A DNA stretch of 64,000 nt from Bugula neritina (lineage: Eukaryota > Animalia > Bryozoa), in contig OZ037768.1 in NCBI GenBank assembly GCA_964035545.1, positions 21,795,319-21,859,318 on the forward strand, in the 5' to 3' direction. Below, one piece after another: positions 1 to 12,800 of this stretch. A program made the position numbers and the translations under genes. Position 1 is the first letter of the stretch; the number at the start of each line of letters is the position of its first letter. The notes below the pieces were generated by a model, which saw only the letters and a list, made by a program, of their open reading frames with translations, did not search any database and was not told the DNA's origin.

Positions 1-1240
1 TTCCCAATAGACTTAGCAAAATTTACTCTTCATGTAAGCTTGTGTACTTTTTCTGAGAAAAGTAGTGCGTTTTGGCATGCAGCTTATCTGTCTGTACTTG
101 TAACAACTTGGGGTAAATCTCAGCCAATCTTATCACTCATTTGGTAGATCAAAAGCACCCTACACCAGCTTTACAACTGGTTTCTACAGGTATAGTATAA
201 TAAGAACTCTTCTCTCAACATGTATGCATATGGTTGCTCTTTTATCGGGAGAAGGACAATATGTGAATTTTAATCATTGCAAAGTCACTTATGATTTTTA
301 AGTGCGAGAAGAAAATTCTAATAGTTATAATTGCAAGCTGTTAGTATATTTTGGTTTTGGCAACTAATAGAAACTTATGGAAAGTAAAGTTATAGATGTT
401 TAAAGGTCCCAGCTGAGTCACTGATGGACATCATCACAAAATTAACTGCGGTTCCGTTTATTGCATCTTGGTGCCGACGATTTCTATGAGCAAATTTGAA
501 GTTGTCTTTCTAAATTGAACATCTTTTGGAATTGCTTCTTTAATTAGCACTCAGACTATGTTCAAGGTTCAGGTTATCACATGTTAAACTAACCACCTCA
601 GGGCATATTAGTCACTGGCCTAGTAACTACTTCTTCCATTGTTTTAATTTTTTAAAATGCATAAAATTTTGCTGCATGATTTATTGGGTCAGGTATTGGG
701 AGTTACCTGCTCTATACGTGGCACACTGTTCAATGACATAGTAAACCTCGTGTCGGTGGCTTTGTATTTGAGAAGATGAAGTGTATAAACATGATAAGCT
801 TGGCATAAAATAGTGTTTCTGATAATTTAGAAGCTTGGCAAATTTAAATTTCAATGTTTTCACCTGCTTAGAATATCTTATTGCATTTTTTTTTAAATTA
901 AGGAGATTATTAATTGAATCGGCTCAATTCCCCATCCTGTATATTTTGCTAATCATCCTTGATAAAATCACCTGCATTGTGAACAAGCGCCTGCTGGCTG
1001 TTGCTATTATGTCATTGCATGTGATAATTAAATTCCCATGATGTAATTTAATTTTTAGAGGTTTTTAATTCGCATCAACTAGTAAAATTACTATTTAGTA
1101 TTTTTTGTTTTTGATTGATTTGTAAAACTTTTACAACATCCAATAGTTTTGAATTAAGATGTGTGTAAGTTGTTGGGTATCACAGCTAAAGAGTGCGTGG
1201 CATGTACATAGTTACAACAACTGATATACTTTATATTCAG

Positions 1241-2680
1241 ACCTTCTGCCACGCCTCCAGTCAAGCAGTCACTAAATCAGCTGAAAGCTACTAACGTGGA
1301 GAAGACACTAACGTCTGCAGCAAGTGTGCCTCAGCAACCTCAGCCTGTGGCCCCAGTGTCAGTGCAGCCCTTGACCAATATACATGTCCCTCTCAACAGT
1401 GTTAAACCAGGTGGGTGCAAGTGGAACCCAGGTTAGTTTTTCTATGGCCGGTAAATACTTCACTGTCCTTGACGTCTGTTACTCTGTACTCTATAGTTTA
1501 TGCTCTATGGTCTATATTGTATGGTCCATACTCTCTAGTTTACTGTTAACATTCTATGGTCTATACTCTACAGTCTATACTCTATATTATATAGTCTATG
1601 TTCTAGATACTCTACAGTCTATACTCTATCATATAGTCTATACTCTACGCTCATCACTCTACAGTCTGATGGATACTTGTAGGTGACCTGCCACCACTTG
1701 CTGTGTATGACAAGAACACTGTGAAGCTGGTTGTCCACTTTGCTCTGAACAAGCCGAGAGATGATGTGAATGTCATGGTCATATCTATTACGTCTCATAA
1801 AAACACACCAATCAAATCTGTTATATTTCAGGCCGCAGTTCCTAAGGTAGGGTGTACCAGGGTGTGCGTTTAGTCTTTGTTCTGTATCATTATTTTCCAG
1901 TTAGTTGAATATGTTGTAAGTAATGGCTGTGACACTAGTATATATTATGCTACATAATTGTGGTTTATATAGTTGTTTTTACTTGGTTAAGGCTGGTTCT
2001 ACCTGTGTGTACTATGGTAGCACTATAATACTACACTATGCTATGGTTGTACTATAATACTATACACATGCTATGGTAGTGCTATACACATATTATGATT
2101 CTACTATAATACTAAACACATGCTATGGTGGTGCTATAATGCTATGCATCTACTTGCAGACTATGAAGGTGAAGCTGCAGCCACCATCAGCTACTGAGCT
2201 GCCTGCGTATAACCCTATACTCCCTCCCAGTGCCATCACCCAAGTCATGCTGTTGGCCAACCCACAGAATGTAAGTCTGTCTACCTGTCAATACAATATC
2301 AATACAATATCAGTTGCTATTTCAGTGTGTTAACTTACCATAAAGCTGCTTACTTTCTTGAACCATTTTTTTTGAGGTGACCAATTTTTCATAAACTCGC
2401 AAGTTGATTACATAAGTTTCAGCTTTATTGTGAATAACCTTGAAATAGTTTTTTGAAATCTAATTCTTTTCTGCTCAATAAACTACCACAGTTCTCACTG
2501 TTTGATTATAAAATCCCAAATTAAATTGTTCAAGCAAAACCTTCACATTTTCCTTGATTAATATGTAATAAATGTTTCATTTTCTTGCAGGAGAAAGTGA
2601 AACTAAAGTATAAACTCAGCTATCTGGCAGATGGAGAACAAGTGGCCGACACTGGCGACATTCTTAGCATCCCAATTTAG
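1241..2680 (+). CDS. GGA: GGA-family ARF-binding adaptor, last four coding exons (hinge + GAE/gamma-ear domain)
   Basis: Exons 1241-1410, 1683-1846, 2160-2270 and 2591-2680 have GT-AG boundaries and join in frame: PLTNIHVPLNSVKPG/DLPPLAVYDKNTVKLVVHF...FQAAVPK/TMKVKLQPPSATELPAYNPILPPSAITQVMLLANPQN/EKVKLKYKLSY...IPI*. This is the typical GGA GAE domain. The 5' exons are not identified in the window. Confidence 0.93.
1455..1672. repeat. Degenerate ~14-bp intronic minisatellite (ctctatagtctata-like)
   Basis: Repeated ctctatag/tctatact units fill a GGA intron up to the acceptor at 1682. Confidence 0.7.
2005..2150. repeat. Degenerate ~28-bp intronic minisatellite
   Basis: Units like tatacacatgctatggtagtgctataatac end just before the acceptor at 2159. 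Confidence 0.65.
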
Positions 2681-3810
2681 TCCTCGCTGATTGGCTGATT
2701 GCTATTTATTGATTGGATCAATGGTTTACTGGGACATTTGCAATTTGTTTGTTGCATGAGTTTCGGCATATTTATTGAGAGTTTGAAAAAGCCTGGCTAG
2801 GTGCTTAGTATTTTAAGGAACATCATTCCACGATGAGTGAAATCTGTGGGCAGTCATCATAATTTTTAATTGATGTCTCGCTTCAGTTTCCAATAGTTTT
2901 TAATTCTCGTCTTGAGGTTACGCTGTGCTTTGGAGTTTTGGTGCCTTGATGCTCAGCACTTCAGGTATAGGAAGTTGGCTTTTCTCATATTTATTTATAT
3001 GCTTTTTACTGCTTCCTTTTTTGTCTTGGATTGACAGCTATTGTAGTTTTCTAATTTAAAAGATATCTAGTTTTAAAGGTAGCAAGCTCATTAACAGGAT
3101 TATATTAATAAATATGCATGTATATAAACTGTCTTGGTTCTTTCAGTACACAGAATAATAATTTGGTGTCTATATGGTGATAACATAGACTATTTTCTAA
3201 CACAAAGCCCTTCCTTGGCTATAAAATTATATATTATTCTCAAGCTGATATATAGCACAATATTGAGTCCAATAGGCATTAGTTAAAGTTTAAATATAAA
3301 TTTACTTGAAGGTTTCACTCATACGACATGCTTATGAACTTCACGCTCAACTAATTACAAAGCCCTGCAGCAAATAAAAGTCATCAAATTCTTGTTTCAA
3401 TTGTAAGTTTCATGCTCAACTGTAAAATGTAAAAGTTTGTCGAATGTGGCGTTAACATAAAACTTGTATAAAACTTCTAAGTATTATATAACTTAATGTT
3501 ATAATAGATATAAAAAAACTGAAATATAGATCTAGTCAAATGTTAACCTCAACCACAAAGTATTATAACTGCTATTGCACAATTACAATACTTAATGGCC
3601 GACAAAGAATAATTATGACATAGCTGTGTGTTTATAAATATGCTCACATATTTGCTTACTAATAGATATTGTAAAACATCTACAAGAATGAAAAAATGGC
3701 TACTATAAGCTAAAAACTAAATAAAGCTAAGGCAAAGCTTGCAGCTGTTTTTCTAGAAATATTTCTTCTGACTTTGCTGTAAGCACGGTGCAGTTTTAGT
3801 GAACTCAACT

Positions 3811-6800
3811 TTATAGATTAGAATCTTGACAATCCATACAAGTTATATCTCCTCTGTGGCCATCCCAACATGCCTTCTCACCACTGCTATCACACTCGTA
3901 TATTTTAACTAAAATACAATAATACAAAGTTGCATCAGTATTATGAGTTCTATAGTCATATTCATGTTGTTTTAATAGTCAAAATATTTGTAATGACTGA
4001 ACATATTAATTTTAGAACTTGAATATTTTTATCAATTATACTAATACCTAATATATTTTAGCGAAGCCATTTCAGAATAAATAAACATTAGAATGCTGCA
4101 TTTAACCTCCAGACAAGTAGTTATTCTAATAATAATAGGAAAGCTAAACAAGACGTTGACTTTACATGGCATATGAGAATAAAAAATATTCTCTATCTCT
4201 CTGAAGAATATTTTATAGCTCTTAAAACATGCATGCTTATTATTACATGGTTGAATGCAACTCCAACTGGAAAGACAACTCCAAATGCCATGATATTGTA
4301 ACTAGCTTTGTAGAGCAATAAATACAAGTTTTTATTTGTAATTAAAAAATAGTAAGGTAATATATATACATACTACTATCTCTTCTGGCAGTCCACTTTA
4401 ACACAAGGTTATGAGAATGACCTGCATCTTCAGAGGTCATTACAGAAACTTGTTTGCCGAGTTTCATCTCTTTGATCTGCAATCTGGTCAACTCAACGGT
4501 GTGTACGTGGAAACCTGGTGGGTTGCTCGTGGACGGTGATGTTTCAAACAGGAAAACCTAAAATGTGACTTACAATGTTGATACCGTTATTAGGACATGA
4601 AAAGGATTACGTTCTAGTTGAAAAAAATCTTCACAATAAAAGCTTCTTTGTATCTTGCAGCTATAAAATACGTTTGATAATTCAGTAACAGGATTGCCTC
4701 TAAGGTTGAGTGCTCCACTTTGTGCTGCAAATTTTATTTTATCAGTAATGAAAATGAATTTGTCATAATATTAATATATCATTTCGATTGGTAAACAGCA
4801 GTTATTGCTGTGAAAGTTAAACAACAATACATGTAGGCTATAGCGTCTCAAGGTAAAAATAGTGTGTCAAATTTTTAGGACCAAAGCTTTCTTAACCAAA
4901 ATGAATCATTTACTTATCACTTTATTACCTCATCAGCAATAGTATCATTTAATGCTTCTGCTTCAGGATAAAACTGAGCATTTTCCTCTTTGTTCAATGT
5001 TAGCTCAGCCAGTGCTTTCAGGTCCTTGTAAATACTGGAGCCAGTGTCGTGCAATGGCATTATGGGATATCGTGTTCTCATTGCGCCAATTCCAGGAATA
5101 TCTCTGGTCATTATGTTGATACCACTAGCTACGACCCGTCTGTATAAAGAGAGCCAAGTACATTGAGTGTAATAACTGTGTTACTACAATATACTGTATG
5201 TAAAGTATAATATCAGTGCTCCAATCAACAGTAGTTAGTTCTGCTGCATGTATATTATCTTCAAAAAGGAGACAACTTCCTTAAATTGTGGAAAATGAAA
5301 ATAATAAAGAAATGTTTATGGTATGCAAGTTAATTCGGATACTTCCCTCAACTCTGATATTATATCTCACCTTACATTACCTATCTGGTCTGGTGTTACT
5401 CACCTTACACTACCTATCTGGTCTGGTGTTACTCACCTTACATTACCTAGCTGGACTAATATATCTCACCTTACGTTACCTAGCTGGTCTGGTATTACTC
5501 ATCTTACATTACCTAGCTGGTCTGGTGTTACTCACCTTATATTACCTTGCTGGTCCAACACACCAACTCCTTTCTTCTTTGTAGTGTCAGCTGAGTCTCT
5601 GTAGAAGTTAGCAGCATCTGAAAATTAGAAAATACAAATATCTAAGCGCACTATAATTCTCACACAAATAAACTTATAAAATTATTAAACATTAAACATA
5701 AACCTTCAAACGCCTTTATGACAGCAATGTAAAGTAACCTGAGAACCGATCATATAGATTATGTATAAAAAAGCATGTAAAAAAATATGGCATCTAGTTG
5801 GAAATTTCAGCTTATTGGTGTTGCAAATTATCCTGCTGTCCTATGCTACACTCTACCATAGGCTAATACACTATATTACGTATACTGTATACTAACACAC
5901 TATATTATACTATATACTAATACACTATATTATACTATATACTAATACACTATATTATACTATATACTTATACACTATATTATACTATATACTAATACAC
6001 TATATTATACTATATACTAATACACTATATTATACTATATACTTATACACTATATTATACTATATACTAATACACTATATTATACTATATACTAATACAC
6101 TATATTATACTATATACTAATACACTATATTATACTATATACTTATACACTATATTATACTATATACTAATACACTATATTATACTATATACTAATACAC
6201 TATATTATACTATATACTAATACACTATATTATACTATATACTAATACACTATATTATACTATATACTAATACACTATATTATACTATATACTTATACAC
6301 TATATTATACTATATACTAATACACTATATTACAATATATAGTAATACACACCATAGAACTCTAATGGAGTCAGTGTGTAAAACCGTTCACTGTATCCCA
6401 GATAGGCGGTATCATTTGTATTTCCACCATTTCTCTTCTTCCCCAGTCTATTTTCTGCTGCTGGACCTCTAACATTACTTTCTGTTACGAAATGGTTTTA
6501 TTAGATCTGTATGTAGTCCACTACGTACCATGAGACTAATATTAAATCATATGCATTCAAGAAGATGAAAAAATAGAAAATTAAGTTGCCTTTTCATATA
6601 ATTAAATTAAGCAATTTGTGATTCACGTTTTAAATACCAGTGTCATAGAATTATATCTTGAGTAATCAAGGATATACTTTTATCTAAGCCATCACATAAA
6701 CTATGCTCAGTGAAGGAAACATTTTTTAACATCTAAGATTCTAAGTAATGAGTACATTTCAATTTTCCAAATTAGAATGAAACTAACAAAATTAAATAAA

Positions 6801-9800
6801 GTGATCGTTATAATAAATAAACAACAAAGTAAATTATCCATCAATTAAAAAAATAATTTCATATTTATTTATATTCATTTTTAAATTTTTATCAACCTTT
6901 ATTTATTATTTTATTCATTTTTTCTACTATACATACCTATCTTGCATAAAATTTGAGTTGGAAAAGACACAGAGCTGTTAGAATGATGCCATATATTTAC
7001 AAGACAAGTAAACAACATCAAACCCTATGATAATAATAAATAGTATAGTTACCATTGAAGAATGTGAGGTTGTATGGGTTCCATGTCTGTAGAGGTGTAG
7101 TGTATATGATCTCTAGGGGGATGGCGTATGATACTCTGTGTGACGCTTCACGCTGAACATAATAATATATACATTGTATACCTGTATGTTACATATTGTA
7201 TACTTGTATACTATACACTGCATGCTTGTATACTATACACTGCATACTTGTATGTTATACACTGTATACAAGTATACTATACACTGCATGCTTGTATACT
7301 ATACACTGCATACTTGTATGTTATACAATGTATACTTGTATGTTATACACTGTATACTTGTATGTTATACAATGTATACATTGTATGTTATACAATGTAT
7401 ACATTGTATGTTATACAATGTATACATTGTATGTTATACACTGTATACTTGTATGTTATACAATGTATACATTGTATGTTATACAATGTATACATTGTAT
7501 GTTATACAATGTATACATTGTATGTTATACAATGTATACATTGTATGTTATACAATGTATACTTGCATGTTATACACTGCATACTTGCATGTTATACACT
7601 GCATACTTGCATGTTATACACTGCATACTTGTATATTACACACTGCATACTTGTATATTATCTATTATATAATATTTCTAACTGTCTATACTGCAACTTT
7701 ATGGCTGTTTCCAGAATTCACAGAGGCTAGGCATGTTCAAATTGCTTATAGCTGACCTACTTTTTTGCTATTCAAAACATGAATTTCCTGTTGTTTCAGT
7801 TGCTTCAGATTTTATAGAGTTTACAGCTTAGGAAATCAACTTTTACTCATTGTTTTTAAGACAGATGTAAGATCCTTGCACAGTAAACCATTGCCATTTA
7901 TTGCAGATAAAGCAAAAGATATTTGGTACTGTAGGTGAAATGACAACTCTAGATAACAACTTACCCAATTACTGGGGCAATTGTCTTTAGGTTTACACTT
8001 CTCCTTGACCTGCAATCAACATAGCTATAACTATGTAGTGGCACTCACACAGTGTTGATTTTATACAGAATAGAAACACATGCAATATAAATAAAAAGCA
8101 TTTTTTCATTATTATTTCAGCACAGTATCTTCTTTTGTTCAGTACTTCATTGTATTGTACTTAGAAAGTTTGTCATTTGCGATCTTTCTAACCAACATAG
8201 CATATTGCAATAAACATTGCCAAACATGGAAAGAGAAATATTACCAAATGCCCAATAATAACTCAGTAAAGTAATACACCATTTCACATGTCATAGAATC
8301 TATTTTGCTTTGTTGTACTTGCACATTTTTGTGCCAAATATATTCAATGGATCTCAAACTTCCCAATTATATAAACCGTTTTCAGTGGTAGAAGACCAAT
8401 AACTTGGACAGAATAAATAGTATAAATACATAAGTTAGTACAGCCCTAGCTTCTACTACTAAAGGACAGCACCTTAGTTGGGGTCACTTTACTCCGCGTG
8501 TTGTAGGCTACAAAGAGATTATTATCTGAGAAACCTCTTCTAAATATATTCACTCCCATCGCATCTTTACTGAGGACCTGGTAGAACCTGCAACATCGTG
8601 CATATCAGATAACATGACATGTGTCAGGTCTTTACACAAAACATTGAGAAAGTGCCATAAAGTGGAGTTGTGCACTATTCCAGCAGTTTTAAATTACAAC
8701 TGCAATTTCAAAATTTATTTATGATTCTAAAAATTAGTATGATGCATTCTTATGAAAAAACATGAGACATGCATTTAATAGCGAGAGTAGAGTCAAACCT
8801 CTCAAAGTTGTACTCAATAAGCAATATTCACCTTCAAATGCAGACGCAAGTATAAGTGGAAAATGAAAATGAACAAGGTTACCTGTGATAGTATCCGGCG
8901 TTGAGTGGCTTTAGCATGGAGCTGTTGAAATTATCACTAGAAACCTTTAGTAGGTGAGGGTAAGCTATTTCATTAAATAAATCATCAACTACATTGGCTG
9001 GATAGTTGTCCTTACCTACAATAGGAAATGGATAGCTATCCTTGCTTGCAGGACATAAATAATGTCTCTATTGCAAGGATTACAACAGAACGAAAATTTT
9101 TATTCTTCTTTAAAAGAGTATATACGTGCTACATACACTTGGAAGTAATTAAATTTTAAAACATTGTAACAATTATGCTTCAAGACCAATAGCAAGTATA
9201 ATAAAGCCACTCTGGTATGCAAAGAGGCTAGCGCTTTTGATTTGGAGTTTAGAACACAACTAGTTACTTTCTTAGCTACACACATTCTATGAAACCTGAA
9301 GTTTACCAAAAGCAGCTTTTTTGAAACACCCTTTAGCTCCAACAAGGCAGAAGAGGTGACATGGAAACCTATAGTGCGGGCTCAATAAAATGAAAACATA
9401 AAATCCTCTTATAATGCTGCTTCTCTCAAGTATAGTTTTACAGACAAATATAATATTAGTATCAGAGTGTCTGATAACAATTTGAGAATCAGCATGTTTT
9501 AGTGACATGCTGAGCAGTTAGTAGGGAACCTTAACAGAAGACAATATCAATCTGTATTTACCAGGTATTTGTGACATCAGCTTATCCAACATGGTTCCTT
9601 TATTGAGTTTGGTGAAACCAGTTGCCTGGTTGACATTTTCATTCGGTTCTTTCAAGGAAAATCTTGCAGCTCTTTTCTTTGAAAACTCAGAGAGAGCTTT
9701 CTTTTCCGCCAGTCTGGAGCCTAAATCATCCTCAACTTGAAACCTGTTACCCACATGCATTTAGAATAGTATCAGTGTGTATACGTACAATATAATAGCT

Positions 9801-12800
9801 ACTATATACACTATATATAAAACAGCTATTATATCAGCTACTGTACATCTCTGAAATAGTGTACATATTATGCATATTTCCAGATTTGTTTATTATAAGC
9901 ACTGAGCTGCCTGGACATCAGAAGCTGCACATTCGCATTGCTGTTTCAAACAAGCAGTGGAGACTTGACTAACGTAAGTCTGAAAAATTCAACGTCATAT
10001 TTGAATTACTGCTTTATACACTAATCGTAATTAGTTTAAATATGGTATAAAACTCACGCAAGTTTATAGTTGCTATCCCTGTGAGAAACCCCTGATGGAA
10101 AGTGTTTTTTTAACTCCAGCTAAGGACTTAATCAGATGAGGCACAGGAGCAATTATGACTGGATGCTCTTCTTAACATCACCAATGACCTTTGTTGGGTT
10201 CTGAACTCATGACTTCATGTTTACTAAACAAACTCTCTAACCCCTTGACCACGCTGCTCCCCAGTTTAGATATGTTATATAAGAAGATAATACAACTCAC
10301 GCAGTTAGAGGTATGTCAACCTCTGTAATGGGATGACAGAGTATTTGGTAGTTCCACTGTGAATACTGAATGCCTCCCATTTCATTAATGTGTGAAATAG
10401 TAGTCGGCAAATAGGCATAGTTTTCCAGATTGCTTTTTCTTCCAGTTTGAGACGTGTACTTTATCTTATCCTGCATAGTAGACAAGAACTATGGCTATAT
10501 CATATAAGTGATTGGTAGAAAAATCCAGTTGACGGCTTATGGGAGAATAACTTCCAAATGATACTAAAATAGTTTAGCTAGCCTAGCCACATTAATAGTA
10601 AGGAATCCTGTGTGCTGGTAAACATTATATCCGAGATAAGATAACTCCAATAAATAAAAAAGCTGTCACAAATCAATAAAAATGAGTCAAATGCTGGTTT
10701 ATACTGGCCTACAAATAACCTCACCCTAAGGCGGCAAGATGTTTAAAGCCACACCTGAAGATCAAAGAAACTGTCAGCATCAAGATGGTGTCTCTCACTG
10801 TGGAAGGGCTCGTCAATAGCGTCCCCATCCACATTGGTCCATTGTCCCTCTAGGTAACACAGGTTAGGCTACAAGAAACAAGTGGCATGTAAAAAGCTGT
10901 ATATTGAAGGTTGTTACAGAGCTCTATATCATTAACTCAGCTAGATCACTCAAATCAAATGAAAATAAGTTTGAACTTCATATCTTAATGTTTTGTTTCT
11001 GAAGGAAGAGATGTAGGTGTTTCATAACTTTACGGCTTCTTAAAAGTTAATTTTCTAAAAGCTTTGACTGAATGCAGTGCTACAATACCAAATGCCTTGA
11101 TATTTGTTATTTTTGTTTATATGTCATTGCTATGTGTTGAAAATAAACTAAAAAAACAAAGAGTTATAATGTTATATAAGTTTAACATGTTTGCCAAGGA
11201 TAGACTATACTGCTTATAATGCAACTGGTTATGACTGTTACAGAAGCTTCATGACTAGGACAATAAGCTAGCTTCATGGTTTTTCACCATAATTATTTAT
11301 AGTTGCGAAGTGTATAGACATATTTTAATCTAAAGTTAGATTATGTGCCATATAGCATAATATTACATCTTTAATAAATTAATTACATCTAATAAACATT
11401 AAAATAGCAAAAAACTCATAAAAATTAGAGGAAAATGTAAGAAATTAGGCATGCTCTATTAGTCAGTGAAATTATCCATAAAAGAGTTTCAGAAGCAGCT
11501 CTTTGAATTAATAGTTATTTTATTTTATTTGCAATCAGAATGAAGTAGATTTACACTGCATATGTTATTTCATTGCCAGTTATAATTTTCTATGATGGAG
11601 AGTTTCAACTCATTTGGCTTATAGATAACAAACTAGCAAGTTTAAGTGTCAGGTCTAACCTCATCTATTCCTTACACAAGTTCAACAACCCTGGGAAATG
11701 TTGATGCTAAAGTCAGCCAGACAGAAGGATGTGAGGGAAGTTGAAATCATCAGTGAACAAGGAAATGAGGAAACAGTAAGTTGCTGCCTACTAGCTGTAA
11801 CTTGATCAGTCTATCGGCAGCAATGGTTGACCTATTTCCCTGCACAATAACCTTGGCATCAATGTGGCCGTTTCCTTGTTGTTGCAATATACACATATAC
11901 ACACATACACACACAACAAGAGAATCCTCAATGAACTTTGACCTTCTTTTTAGTAAAAGTAGTAAAAGAAAGACCTACCTTGAAATACCTCCGATAGTCT
12001 CTCACACTATGATTGCTTGTTTTCCAAGCCTTAAACCACTCTCTCATTTCTTCAATCTGGAGATCTAAGCTTGGTTGAGCCAAAACCTACATATTTATTA
12101 TATTATGCATTTGCTATGCACTTACTACGCACTTGCTATGCACTTACTGTGTGTTAGGGGAGTTAACATTTCTTGCAAGGACTTGCCAAATCATGAATTC
12201 AGCTAATGGTAGATTATATTCATCAAACAAAACTTATTAATAGTTTTATCAATTTGAATGACAAAAACAATATAGCCTAAATTTGTAATTCAAATTTCTG
12301 ACTGCCATTAGGTACAATTTCCCAACATAATCCCAACTTTTTTGCTTATTCTAAGTAGATATGCATATTGTCTTTTAACTGTAGGAGCAGCTGTGTTTCA
12401 CTAATGACCAGAGTGCTGCCCTAGTAAACACAAGGCCAGTGGTTCAATTCTAAACACCAGTGGTGATGTTAGAAAAAGCATCCAGTCATAATTACTCCTG
12501 TGTTGCATCAGAAAATGCCCTTAGCCCAATTTAACAAATTCTTCCCATCAGGGATTTTCACAGAGATAGCAACTATAATCTCACGAAAGTTTTTTTTACT
12601 CCTAAATAGAAATTAAAAGAGTTATATGTAATTTTAAAACTCAATCTGGTATAGCTTATGGGTTGATATACTTTATTTATAGTATATTCTAGTATAGCCA
12701 TACTGTTTGGTATGATTATATTACAATGTTTTGCTGTATTATATTGATAATACAGGCTTCAAGTATGTTTTAAAACTTATCCCAGATGTTGACAACGTGA

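Noticed and set aside
5362-6351. CRISPR-like arrays
   Set aside because: They are head-to-tail repeats without unique spacers, inside eukaryotic introns, and no cas genes are present.
7128-7755. Three overlapping Tyr/Cys-rich ORFs (also 5288-5604 and 1384-1686)
   Set aside because: They are by-products of intronic minisatellites.
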